Below, one piece after another: positions 27,793 to 37,346 of a stretch of DNA of 49,078 bases. The notes under the pieces are model-generated. The model was given only the letters and a program-made list of their open reading frames with translations. It was not told the origin of the DNA and did not search any database. Every line of letters starts with the position of its first letter. The stretch's first letter is position 1. The position numbers and the translations under genes are program-made. The DNA comes from a virus (taxonomy: Duplodnaviria; Caudoviricetes): the IMG/VR virus record IMGVR_UViG_3300033569_000026, positions 1-49,078 of that record; one strand, given 5' to 3'.

Positions 27793-30509
27793 CGTCGGAC
27801 TCCTTGAATTGCGGGATAGTTGAGGCGTCAATCTTGGCAATCCAAGACCCACCAATGATTTTGCTGTGATGGTACGTAACGAGGGCTTGCCCGTTGTCCC
27901 ATTCGGTACATTCGAGACTGATAGTGTCCCACGACACCTGTAGCGCTCTGCCTTTGATCAGCTCCAGGCACTGATCGGTTAGCTCGATATCGAGGTAAAG
28001 CCGCCTGTGTCCCCGTCGGTTCAGGCTACATCCCGAGCTGAGATACATCGCGGCTGCTACGGACCTGGCACGCCCCTTTTTGGTGTACTCATTCTCGCGC
28101 CACTCCCATGTGTAGAGTGTCCGGGAATCATAACGAACGGCACCTTTGACGCCGTGGCCTTTGAGCAAATCGACGGGCGTAGCCGCCTTGAAGATATCGC
28201 CCCATTGCGTCCATTCTGGTTTGAGTAGTGGTCTAGTCATCGGAGCTATCCTCGTTTTCCTCGTCGAAACGTGGGGACCATTCGTTAGCGTCAAGCATCT
28301 CTCTCACATCGTCGCCTGACATGTATTTGAGTGCAGCGGTTAGCAGTGTCATCGCGTCAACTAAACCACTCTCAACTAGGCCGATTGCGTAATCGCGTGG
28401 GTTGTCCTGATACTCGTCGGCTTTATTCACTGCGCATCTCCTTCCCCAGCTCACCATGACAGAAGGCGTCATTAGTCAAATCTTCGCCATATGAACGCAT
28501 CCAAGCCTTCTCTTTGGGATCGTCCGCGCACCATGGCGCCGATGCAAAGCTGATAGCGGATCTAGCGGCCGCCGCCTCGCCCCATGATTCACCTTGCATC
28601 ATGATGATTGGCGAACCGACGCATAAAGTGATTTGATCGCCTGTCTTTTTGTGACGAATATCTACCGCGATGTAATCCCGCTTTTCAGCGATACCCGCTC
28701 GATTGGCTTGCGATTCCTCATCGGTGAGATCGCGGCAGCCGAGGATGAAACCCGGCAGGATGAATCGACGATTGTAGTCTGATGCTCTCATGATCATCCT
28801 CCTAGTAGATTCGGCACCTGACATCACCAGGGATACCGTACTCAAGCAAAACGGTTGGGCGCGATACACGGGACCATTGCCGTTGCTGCTCGTCGTGCTC
28901 TAGCTGACAACGCTGTGACAGCGATAGGAACGTGACACCGCACCAATCGCACTTGTCACCATCATCCATGCGGTCTAGTGGGCCTTCTGCAACGTACAAA
29001 TCACCGTAGATCTTCCGTGGATCTTTGAGCGCTGCTTTGTCGTGGCAAGTGACGCAATACGCTCGATAGCACCCTGCCTCATTCCAGCCGCAATATGCGA
29101 TCACCGCATCGCGCGCATTCGGGATGTAAGGCAGCTTCGTGTAATCGATGTCACTCGGACTGTGCATGGTGCTCCTTGCACTGCTCTAGAAGGTCGCGCG
29201 CCACATCGATGCTCTTAAATCGGCGTCCATTGAGACTGCTAGAGCCCCAGTAACCGCGATGGTCCTGATCGTAGGAGCTATCACCTACGCGGATAGTCCA
29301 ATCACCGTCGGGGTAGACTTGAAGGCGGACATCACACCATTTGCCGTCGGGGAAATCGTTGGGATCGAGACCCCGATTGATGACACGGAGGGATTCCGCT
29401 ACGTCTGTGATGCTGGGGAATTTCACGAGACACCCCCCAACGCGACAATCAGCTCATTCGCGCGCCACATCGCATCGGGCCTACGTGACTCGATAGCGGC
29501 AGTCAGAGCACGATAGGCGCACTGGATCGCCAGCTTCGGGTTACGGAGGGCGTAGGTCAGTGCGAGGTCAAGCTCGCAGTGGTAGGTCAGCACTGGGGAA
29601 CCTTTTGTTAGGGTTGCGCGGGGGAAATTGGATGGTTTGGACATTTGGACTCTCTAGAAAGGCTCGGGCATCGTCCCTTGCAATCGGGTTCGGGCATTCG
29701 TCCGGTTTCATGTTCCGGCAACGCGGACCTTCCTAGGTGTCCTACGCCCCTGCGTTCCCGAGCCTTGCTACAGCTTCCAAACGGTTAGCATATGGTTTCA
29801 GCTACGCATTGAACGCGCTATCGATGGCCGTTATTGCAGCGTCAAGATCGGCATTCAGAATCGAGCGGATATACGATCCCATGTGGCAGATTTGGTGCCT
29901 GTACTCACTCGCGAACGGCCAATCAGCGATCTCGTGAGGATTGGCGTTTGGGTCCATAAGCAGAACCTCGCAGCCGTTCTCATCCCATTCGATGCGGATA
30001 GGTGCGTTGTGTGCAGCCTGGATTGCTCCAATCACTTCAGCGATCGAGTGTGTGTAGTCGGTGGTTCCGTCGGGTCCGAGGTGCATTGTGGTCTCCAATC
30101 GTTGGGGTTAGAGCATGTGATCGAGATTCATCAGCAGGAAATCGCAATCGCGATAGCCCGCACGACACTGGAAATCAAACTCGGTGCTGTTGATACGCCC
30201 GCAGTGACCCCAGCCCGCGATGAATTCAATCACCTCACAAAGATCAACATTGGGCGTCACATGCGAACGAAACGTGGACTGAGCGCCAGCAAGCTCGGTG
30301 CGAGTGAACGTGAACGGGTCCCACAGCTCAAGCGAGTCCGTCACCGGCATTGCCGTAGCGCAGGCATCGCAAACCACTTGATCGCGTTGGTTGCGCACAT
30401 CCGCATTGAACAAGAAGTGGAGCTTGCCGCCCTCAGGAATCGCGACACCGCACGACGAGCAGGCACAGCCGTCAATCTCAGCAGTCCCGGCGAATTCGAT
30501 GTTCAGCAT
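27785..30509 (-). other. Cluster of ~8 small early hypothetical genes (27785-28240, 28233-28430, 28423-28797, 28802-29167, 29151-29426, 29423-29644, 29802-30098, 30108-30509; some starts approximate)
   Basis: Tightly coupled - strand ORFs; no recognised motifs. Confidence 0.55.
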
Positions 30510-30529
30510 GACCGGACATAGAGCAACCC

Positions 30530-31135
30530 TGAGGCCAAACCTTCAACATATGAATAACGCTGAGCATACGGTGACCATATGGCTGGAAACTGGCAAAAAC
30601 CACGACATCAATGCCATGACACACGAGTCATAGCGAGCCAAGCTACTGGAATCGTTGACTACCGCTATGAAATCTTTGCATAGCATCTAACTAGCTGGAA
30701 CCATGAGTCTTTAAGCTCAGTCGCCGCATGGCTCTGGAATCATTGAGCATCGCATCGGGCCAAATCGGTGGGTTGAGATGTCAAGGATATCAAGAGGTTG
30801 AGTTGACACACTAGATGTAGGGTCGCGAGACATCGAGACACACTAGATCATGTGGTCTACAGCCCCCAGCTCTAAGTAGCTGATATCGTTTCACTAGACT
30901 AGCTGTACTGTGAGTTGTCCAAAGGCACGAAATCACACGTAAATATGCGATTGGTAACAACTATTCCGTTACCAGTAGGGTGCAATCGAGCCTATTTTCG
31001 CGAGTATTTTCGCGAGTTTACAGCGGTTAGACCAAAGGCTCGTAAGTACCTGATTTCCCCAGGGCGAAACGGCGGGGGCCCGCAGGAGGCTCCATGCCGG
31101 TCGAATTTTTAAATTTCCAAAAATCCAAAATCCAG
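30530..31135. other. Non-coding divergent control region and probable genome terminus
   Basis: Repeated CTGGAA(T/A/C)C motifs, GACACACTAGAT twice, IHF consensus TATCAAGAGGTTG at 30788, GC-rich then AT-rich tract 31070-31130. Confidence 0.5.
30980..31032 (+). repeat. 53-bp direct repeat, copy 2
   Basis: Identical to 23527-23579. Confidence 0.95.
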
Positions 31136-31177
31136 CCCGACGGGTTCCATATGGCCGATGCTGCTCCGTGAGATTGC

Positions 31178-31206
31178 TTGACACACGAAACGCGCATCTG
31201 TATAAT
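31178..31206 (+). promoter_or_regulatory. Consensus sigma70 promoter
   Basis: TTGACA-17-TATAAT. Confidence 0.9.
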
Positions 31207-31210
31207 AGAT

Positions 31211-31357
31211 CCTACCTCCCTTCCTAAGAGCCCTAGCGGCGACTGAGCGGCTTCCTCTTGAATCTGTAGCTCCTGAAACTTTCCCTTGGGGTGCTGAACA
31301 GGATCAGAGTAAAGACTTCAGAGAGGCCAAAAGAGAGGGCTTCCCGAGCAAGGTAGG
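31211..31357 (+). ncRNA. Long hairpin RNA or structured leader
   Basis: Nested pairings CCTACCT/AGGTAGG, GAGCCCT/AGGGCTT, GGCTTCCTCTTGAATCT/AGACTTCAGAGAGGCC, GCTCCTGA/TCAGAGT, starting at predicted +1. Confidence 0.6.
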
Positions 31358-31375
31358 AATGGTTACCCTCGGTTC

Positions 31376-31486
31376 ATGATCGTGCTCTACATCGCGGGCG
31401 GCGTCGTTATCGGGCTCTGGTTGTTCGGCGCGCTGGCCAACTGGTCGGCGCCGAAGAGGCCGGGCAGAGCTTTTCCAGAGGACTAG
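31376..31486 (+). CDS. 36-aa single-TM peptide
   Basis: MIVLYIAGGVVIGLWLFGALANWSAPKRPGRAFPED; ATGA-coupled to a 6-codon uORF at 31359-31379. Confidence 0.5.
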   Translation: MIVLYIAGGVVIGLWLFGALANWSAPKRPGRAFPED

Positions 31487-31567
31487 ATCTGGTGGCCATG
31501 AGGCCGCACCCCAGGTCAGCCTACAAGTGCCAACAATAATTCAGGAATCCAGCCTGAAACTATATGG

Positions 31568-31596
31568 TTGACATTTGGCTACGGATCGTTTAAGAT
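31568..31596 (+). promoter_or_regulatory. sigma70 promoter of tRNA/ncRNA cluster
   Basis: TTGACA-17-TAAGAT. Confidence 0.8.
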
Positions 31597-31737
31597 ATAT
31601 GGGTAGGGTTGAGTTAGAGCTGATGGCGCAAGCTGCCGGCTGAGACGACTCCCCTACAACCATTTGGGCACGGTGCCGCCCCGCAGTTGAAAGCGCGAAG
31701 CACCGACCACGCTCTGTCTCACGGGACATCGTGTTGA

Positions 31738-31811
31738 CGCGGGATGAGGAAGCAGTATCCGCTGAGACTCATTATCTCAGAACCCGAGTGCGAATCTCGG
31801 TCCCGCTACCA
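31738..31811 (+). tRNA. tRNA-Met(CAT), initiator-like, atypical
   Basis: C-GCGGGA/TCCCGC-T-ACCA acceptor; TGAGA-CTCATTA-TCTCA anticodon arm; CCGAG-TGCGAAT-CTCGG T arm. Confidence 0.85.
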
Positions 31812-32078
31812 AGGTCAGGTTGATCTTTCATGTCTGGCGCAGGGGTGCCACCAGATAGCATGACTCGTCACTGACCTCCCTTTTCTCAGTAGACCGCGAG
31901 AAACCCGCTGTCACTTCGGTGGCGCGGGTCGCGGTCGGCGCCTTTTCGTTCACGGCTTGTCCGTGAGCTGCGTCGAGAATAACCGGCAACGGGAACCCTC
32001 GACCGCTATCGGTTACCGGCAGAGCGCTATCGTGTTGACCGAGCGTAGACCAGTTGAGCCTGCCGAACTTTTGAACAC

Positions 32079-32127
32079 ACCCGCCCGGCCTCTTCGCCTA
32101 GTGCGAATGCTCGGCGGGTTCTTTTTT
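32079..32127 (+). terminator. Rho-independent terminator-like hairpin
   Basis: ACCCGCC...GGCGGGT followed by TCTTTTTT. Confidence 0.6.
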
Positions 32128-32755
32128 GCCTGAAGGGTCCAAGTTGGAAGATCTACCGCTCGATGACGAACCAGTACAGCCCGTAAAGAGAGGCCGGGGT
32201 CGGCCGAAGGGAAGCAAGAACACCTACAAATCAACACGCGTCGAGTCGATGACCGGCGGCGGCGATAGGCTCGTTCCTCCCACCGCATCAAAGCACGATG
32301 ACTTCGCGCACGCGGATCCTGCAACGATGCTTTCTCGCCAGCTCTCGCTAATCAGTTGGCAGCAGCAGGCGCTACGCATCAAGATGTTCGGCGGCGTAAA
32401 GACCGCTGAGCAAGCGTTGGACGATGTTCGCAAGGGCGGCAAGATCACCTACCCTGAAGACACGAAGGAGCTGCTCGACCTCTCCAATGCGCTCACGCGG
32501 TGCATGGAAGGAATGAAGAAGCACTCCGACCTAGCTAACGAGTTGGCGTCTCGCATGTCCGCAGAGGATTTGCTTGAGGCAGCCATCGCGAAGCTCGAAG
32601 GTCAATCGCTGCCAACGCTGAACTACGCAATCAAGCGGCTCAAGGCGAAGCGCGAATCGCTTGCTCCGGTTCACGGGCGCGAGCGTGTGTCGATTGGTCC
32701 GAAGGACGAAGACGAGAAGGCGACGAGTGCAATCGCCTCGCTGCTGACCGAATGA
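32126..32755 (+). CDS. Putative terminase small subunit
   Basis: AT-hook KRGRGRPKGSKN, helical, upstream of terL. Confidence 0.6.
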   Translation: MPEGSKLEDLPLDDEPVQPVKRGRGRPKGSKNTYKSTRVESMTGGGDRLVPPTASKHDDFAHADPATMLSRQLSLISWQQQALRIKMFGGVKTAEQALDDVRKGGKITYPEDTKELLDLSNALTRCMEGMKKHSDLANELASRMSAEDLLEAAIAKLEGQSLPTLNYAIKRLKAKRESLAPVHGRERVSIGPKDEDEKATSAIASLLTE

Positions 32756-33069
32756 GAAGTGGTGACGGGTGGCGAGCGGAAGGGGCTCACGTGATGGTGG
32801 GTACTCCTTCACCACTCTCCAAATGCTTTACACCTTCAGGGCGTCAGCTCTGCGGGTGCTGCGGTAAGCAGCTCCACCTGAAGGACGATCAGTCGCTGCA
32901 TTGTGAGTGCATGGACTGTGAACACCTCCCCTGCTGTCACGGAGTTTGTCTCCGATGGCAGCCGTTCTGTGCTGTGTGGACTGATGTTGCCAGGCTTGCT
33001 CGTGGTGTTCACCCGATGCAGCTGCTCGGTGCTCGTCTTCGCGGCGGCAAAAGAATTGGACGACGATGA
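32752..33069 (+). CDS. Cys-rich hypothetical protein
   Basis: ATGA-coupled on both sides. Confidence 0.45.
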   Translation: MRSGDGWRAEGAHVMVGTPSPLSKCFTPSGRQLCGCCGKQLHLKDDQSLHCECMDCEHLPCCHGVCLRWQPFCAVWTDVARLARGVHPMQLLGARLRGGKRIGRR

Positions 33070-33482
33070 AGTTCGCTGAAGCCGAAGCCGATGAGCTGGC
33101 GTTTGTGTTCGATAGCTGGGCGCGCTCTTTCCAGAAGTCGCCGTACGCTGGCTGCATTCCTAATCACATGTACCCGCAGGTCTCTCGTGCAGCAGCAGCC
33201 GAGATTATCGATCGCGGCGCGAGGGTGCTGGTCGCCTACGCGGACATGGAGGACGGCAGCCGTCGAATCATGGGCTATTCGGTAAGCGAGCCGGAGAAGC
33301 AGACGCTTCATTGGTTGTTTGTGAAGCACGATTATCGCGGGCTCGGGGTTGGTACTGCACTGCTCAATGAGACGTGTGCAACCTGGAAGGCACCGAGCTA
33401 CACGTACCGCACGAAGGCGTCGGCGAAGTTCCTCGGTCCCACGTTCCGGTGGGAGCCTCGCTTCGCTCGCATTAAGGCGTAA
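33066..33482 (+). CDS. GNAT-family acetyltransferase
   Basis: IMGY, LHWLFVK..YRGLGVGTALL acetyl-CoA motif. Confidence 0.85.
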   Translation: MKFAEAEADELAFVFDSWARSFQKSPYAGCIPNHMYPQVSRAAAAEIIDRGARVLVAYADMEDGSRRIMGYSVSEPEKQTLHWLFVKHDYRGLGVGTALLNETCATWKAPSYTYRTKASAKFLGPTFRWEPRFARIKA

Positions 33483-35227
33483 TGGACCTCGGATTAGAGG
33501 CCGCGCTCAGGCAGGAAGCTAGCAAGAACGCAGTAACGGACGAGATCAAGGAGCGTTGTCGCGCACGGGCCGCGCAGATGTTGAAGGACATCGCCGCGAA
33601 GAACCCGAAGCAGGCACAGCTCATCCTCGATCCCTCTCCGCACTGCTCCGGCATCTGCCCTCGACGCGCAGGAAAGAGCTACGCGGGTGCCGCAGCAGCT
33701 CTAATCACTGGTGAAGCGAAGCCTGGCTCCATCAGCATCATCATCTCGCTCAACTTGAAGCAGCTCCGTCGCCTTTACTGGAAGGGCGGCGCTTCCGGTT
33801 TGTTCACACTTGCACAGAAGTACAACCTCAACATCAAGTTCAACAGCGGGCTCCTCATGTGGGAGCACGAGAACGGGTCCATCGGATACCTACTCGGCGT
33901 TGAAGATGATGAGCAGCTCGAAGTTATCCGTGGTCTCGAAGCCGATCTGTACCTGATTGACGAGTGCAAATCGTTTGCGCCCACCGTTCTGACGACTCTG
34001 ATTGACGAAATCATCGAGCCGCAGCGGTCATCGCGTGATGGCAAGCTGATTCTTATCGGTACGCCCGGCTATATCTTCGCCGGTCCCTTCTATCAGGCCA
34101 CGTGCATTGACGCGAAGGACCCGAAGGACCCCGAGAAGAAGCCGTACATGCTGCCTTATGGGAAGAAAGACCCGTGGGGACGCACGCCGGAAGCGGATTT
34201 GCTCTGGAGCTGCCACAGCTGGACGCTCAAAGAGAACACCGCGAAACCGAAGCAGTGGGATTCTGCGCTACGGCTCAAGCGATCGAAGCGCTGGGCGGAT
34301 GATCATCCGATTTGGCGCCGCGAATATCTCGGCGAATGGACAATCGGCGGCTCTGGCCTCGTCTACCGCTACGGCGCGGAGAAATCCAGCGGCCGAGTCA
34401 ACTGGACGCCGGTCGTTATCCTCGATCCGCGCGATCCTGAGAAGCACAACCCGACTGGGCTCCCCAAAGAGGGCGCACCGTGGCGGCTCATTGCTGGTTT
34501 GGACCTCGGCTACGAGGCTCCGACCGCTTTTGTTATTGCAGCGTACTCGCCGAAGCTCAAACAGCTGCGGCACGTCCACGATGAGCAGCATCGGCACCTA
34601 CTGCCGCCTGACATCGCCGACATGATTGAAACCGCTCAGCAGAAGTACGGTCCGTTGGAGCGAATTTTCGCGGACGCCGGCAACCTGGGCAAGATGATCA
34701 TTGCGCAACTCATCCGAGACTATGGTCTTCCGATTGAGCGCGCTGAGAAACGCGAGAAGCTGGATTACATCGAGTTGGTGAACGGCTCGCTCGCTCGCGG
34801 TGAGATCAAGATCATCGAGAACACGCAGCTTGAGGCTCAGCTCCTCACGAATGCGTGGAAGCTACAGGACGAGGACGAGGACGAAATCCTTGACCTCGCT
34901 CGACGCGGCAAACTGAAAGAGGACGACGCAATCCCCAACGATTTGGCGGATGCGTTCCTCTACCTCTATCGCGGCTCTCTCCATCACTTCGGCGCACGGG
35001 ACGAGGAAGAGAAGCCTCAGCCCGGTACGCCCGAAGCAATCGTGCTGGAGCTGAAGGAAGAGCTGGCGAAGGCCCGCGCTTCTTTCAAAAACGAAGAACG
35101 ACAATTCAGCCGTGTGATGGCTAGAGCGCCACGCTTTGCACAGCGGGCAATGAAGTTCCCATGGACAATCCCTTCCCGCCCGAGACATTCGACACGCTCG
35201 ACCTCGACAAGCTCCAAGACCTCATAA
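33482..35227 (+). CDS. terL: Terminase large subunit
   Basis: Walker A PRRAGKS, Walker B LYLIDE, IGTP, RREYLGEW, nuclease GLDLG and D.ADA..Y. Confidence 0.95.
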   Translation: MDLGLEAALRQEASKNAVTDEIKERCRARAAQMLKDIAAKNPKQAQLILDPSPHCSGICPRRAGKSYAGAAAALITGEAKPGSISIIISLNLKQLRRLYWKGGASGLFTLAQKYNLNIKFNSGLLMWEHENGSIGYLLGVEDDEQLEVIRGLEADLYLIDECKSFAPTVLTTLIDEIIEPQRSSRDGKLILIGTPGYIFAGPFYQATCIDAKDPKDPEKKPYMLPYGKKDPWGRTPEADLLWSCHSWTLKENTAKPKQWDSALRLKRSKRWADDHPIWRREYLGEWTIGGSGLVYRYGAEKSSGRVNWTPVVILDPRDPEKHNPTGLPKEGAPWRLIAGLDLGYEAPTAFVIAAYSPKLKQLRHVHDEQHRHLLPPDIADMIETAQQKYGPLERIFADAGNLGKMIIAQLIRDYGLPIERAEKREKLDYIELVNGSLARGEIKIIENTQLEAQLLTNAWKLQDEDEDEILDLARRGKLKEDDAIPNDLADAFLYLYRGSLHHFGARDEEEKPQPGTPEAIVLELKEELAKARASFKNEERQFSRVMARAPRFAQRAMKFPWTIPSRPRHSTRSTSTSSKTS

Positions 35228-35472
35228 CGAGACTCAAGGAATCGGAGGTCCCCTACTTCCGATACGGCATCATGGAGATCAGCTTCGCAGCGCCGGAGCA
35301 GGCAGCCTCGTCAATGGGCTTCGTTCCGATGAGCGAGCGAGCCGGTGTCAAGGCGACGAAGGACGGCGATAAGCCGGATCCTGATGCACACATTCCCGAG
35401 CACTACCGCAAGGCGTTCGGCAATCGGCCCATTCCGAGGCACCGGCCACGCGAGGTGAATGCAAACGAATAG
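35161..35472 (+). CDS. Hypothetical protein between terL and portal
   Basis: Overlapping ORF in operon. Confidence 0.55.
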   Translation: MDNPFPPETFDTLDLDKLQDLITRLKESEVPYFRYGIMEISFAAPEQAASSMGFVPMSERAGVKATKDGDKPDPDAHIPEHYRKAFGNRPIPRHRPREVNANE

Positions 35473-37315
35473 AGCCCCGTGGCGTACGCCCAACCCCGAC
35501 GATCCTGACGACAACAAGAAGCGGGCCATGGACCTCTACATGGAGGCCGCTTCGATCGAACAGCGCCAATCGAGCTGGCACGAGCTGAACCTCTGGAATT
35601 CGACACTCGTGTTCAATCGCGAGCTGCCGGCGTTCCGCTGGGGTGACCCTCAGGCCGATTGGGAGCTTCAGCCAGTTGATCTCAGAACTGAGAATCTGCT
35701 GGAAGCAATCGCCGAATCGTTTGTTAGCAAGGCCGCTAGCTCTCCGCTCAAGCCGTCGCTCGTTCCCCACGGGCAAAGCCTTGAGACGGAGACAGCGGTT
35801 CGTGTTGCCGATGACTTCGTGTTCGGCGTGTGGAACCAGACGCAGGCCGAAGAGGCGTGCATCCAGATGTTCCTCGACGCCTACGTATCCGGTATCGGCT
35901 GCGTAGAGGTCGCGTACAACAAGAAGACCGAAGAGCTGCACGTCGAGAGCGTCTTCTTCGACAACATCATTATCGACAATCGCGAGTGCCCCGCTGGCGG
36001 CGGTTCAGCGCCACGCACCTACCGCATTCGTCGAGTGCTTCCGCAGGCAACCGTGGAGGCGCAATACGGCGTCAAGCTCGACAAGCAGCAGACGTATAAG
36101 GTCGGCTATCGCCAAGGCTGTGCTCCTGGCTGGGTGGTCGTCATTGAGGCGTGGACTCCGGGCGAGCGCCATATGGTTGCGACCGGCGACACGATCCTCT
36201 TTGAAGAGGAATGGAAAGAGGACTGGGTTCCGCTCGTCTTCTTCCACTGGACGGATCACCGTTCCGGCTTCCTTGGCAAGTCCGGTGTTGAGCAGCTGCT
36301 TCCCTACCAGACGAAGCAGAACGACCTAGGCGAAGCAGTCGAGAAGGCGATCGACATCGTTTGTGTTCCGCGCCTTCTGATGAACGCAAACTCGATGATG
36401 GACGTCGGCCAGCTCGATAATGAGATGGGCCGCGCATGGCTCTACTCCGGCATCGAGCCTAAGCCGTTTGAGTGGCGTACCGACCTGAGCACTCTCCTCA
36501 ATGAGCGCGAGCGTAACTGGTCGAAGGCGTTTTCACACGTCGGACTGTCTGAGCAGTTTGCTGGCGCTGACATGCCCCAGCAGGTTCGCCTTGATAGCTC
36601 CGCTGGTGTTCGCGAGTTTCACAACATGGAGGACCGGCGCAATCTACGGCGCTGGTCTCGCTACGAGAAGGCCCGCGAGAACGTAGCCAAAACGATTGTG
36701 AACGTACTCGGCAACGAGAAGGGCGCTGACGCTTTCTCGACGTATTACCACTCGGGCAATCCTCGCACGAACGTTGTTGAGATTCCGTACGAGGCAATCA
36801 AGCAACTAGGCAAGGACCAGTACAGCTGGACGATGGCGATGACGCCGCTCCAAGCGATGTCCCCCGCCGCTCGTCGTGAGTTGATTCGCGATTACACGTC
36901 GCGCGGTCTCATCAAAGAAGGCTCGGAAGAGGCCCGCCGCATGGAGGGCAACACCAACCTGGAGCGTGAAGAAGAGCTGGAGATGATGTCGAAGGAAGAC
37001 ATTGATCTCCGCGTTCTCAAGATCCTCCAGAGCGGTGAGTACGAGCAGCCCACCAATCTACAGAACCTCACGTACGGCATTCGTCGAGTCGCTGCGAACA
37101 TGCACCGGCTCAAGAAGTACGAAGACGTGAAGCCTGGCGACAAGCGGATCATGAACCACACGAAGTGGATTGTGAACGCCATCGCGATTCAGAAGCAGAC
37201 TCTGATTCAGGCGCAGCAGCAAAACCAAATGACCGCCTTCAGTCCCACGCAGGGAATGCCAGGCACCAACTCTTCAAACGGGCCGCCCACGATTGTACAG
37301 GCCCCGCCGCAGTAA
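35459..37315 (+). CDS. Portal protein
   Basis: 618 aa after terL; DA..SG.G, P.V.F.W......F.G.S.VEQL.P.Q...N, SAG; Gln-rich tail. Confidence 0.85.
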   Translation: MQTNRAPWRTPNPDDPDDNKKRAMDLYMEAASIEQRQSSWHELNLWNSTLVFNRELPAFRWGDPQADWELQPVDLRTENLLEAIAESFVSKAASSPLKPSLVPHGQSLETETAVRVADDFVFGVWNQTQAEEACIQMFLDAYVSGIGCVEVAYNKKTEELHVESVFFDNIIIDNRECPAGGGSAPRTYRIRRVLPQATVEAQYGVKLDKQQTYKVGYRQGCAPGWVVVIEAWTPGERHMVATGDTILFEEEWKEDWVPLVFFHWTDHRSGFLGKSGVEQLLPYQTKQNDLGEAVEKAIDIVCVPRLLMNANSMMDVGQLDNEMGRAWLYSGIEPKPFEWRTDLSTLLNERERNWSKAFSHVGLSEQFAGADMPQQVRLDSSAGVREFHNMEDRRNLRRWSRYEKARENVAKTIVNVLGNEKGADAFSTYYHSGNPRTNVVEIPYEAIKQLGKDQYSWTMAMTPLQAMSPAARRELIRDYTSRGLIKEGSEEARRMEGNTNLEREEELEMMSKEDIDLRVLKILQSGEYEQPTNLQNLTYGIRRVAANMHRLKKYEDVKPGDKRIMNHTKWIVNAIAIQKQTLIQAQQQNQMTAFSPTQGMPGTNSSNGPPTIVQAPPQ

Positions 37316-37346
37316 CCAAGCGGCGTATTCCGATTGAGGTCCATCG

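Noticed and set aside
23527-31032. Diversity-generating retroelement TR/VR pair
   Set aside because: Copies are identical with no adenine-specific mismatches, and no reverse transcriptase is present
30530-31135. CRISPR mini-array
   Set aside because: Repeats are short, degenerate and irregularly spaced; the Cas4-like gene sits beside ERF in a recombination module
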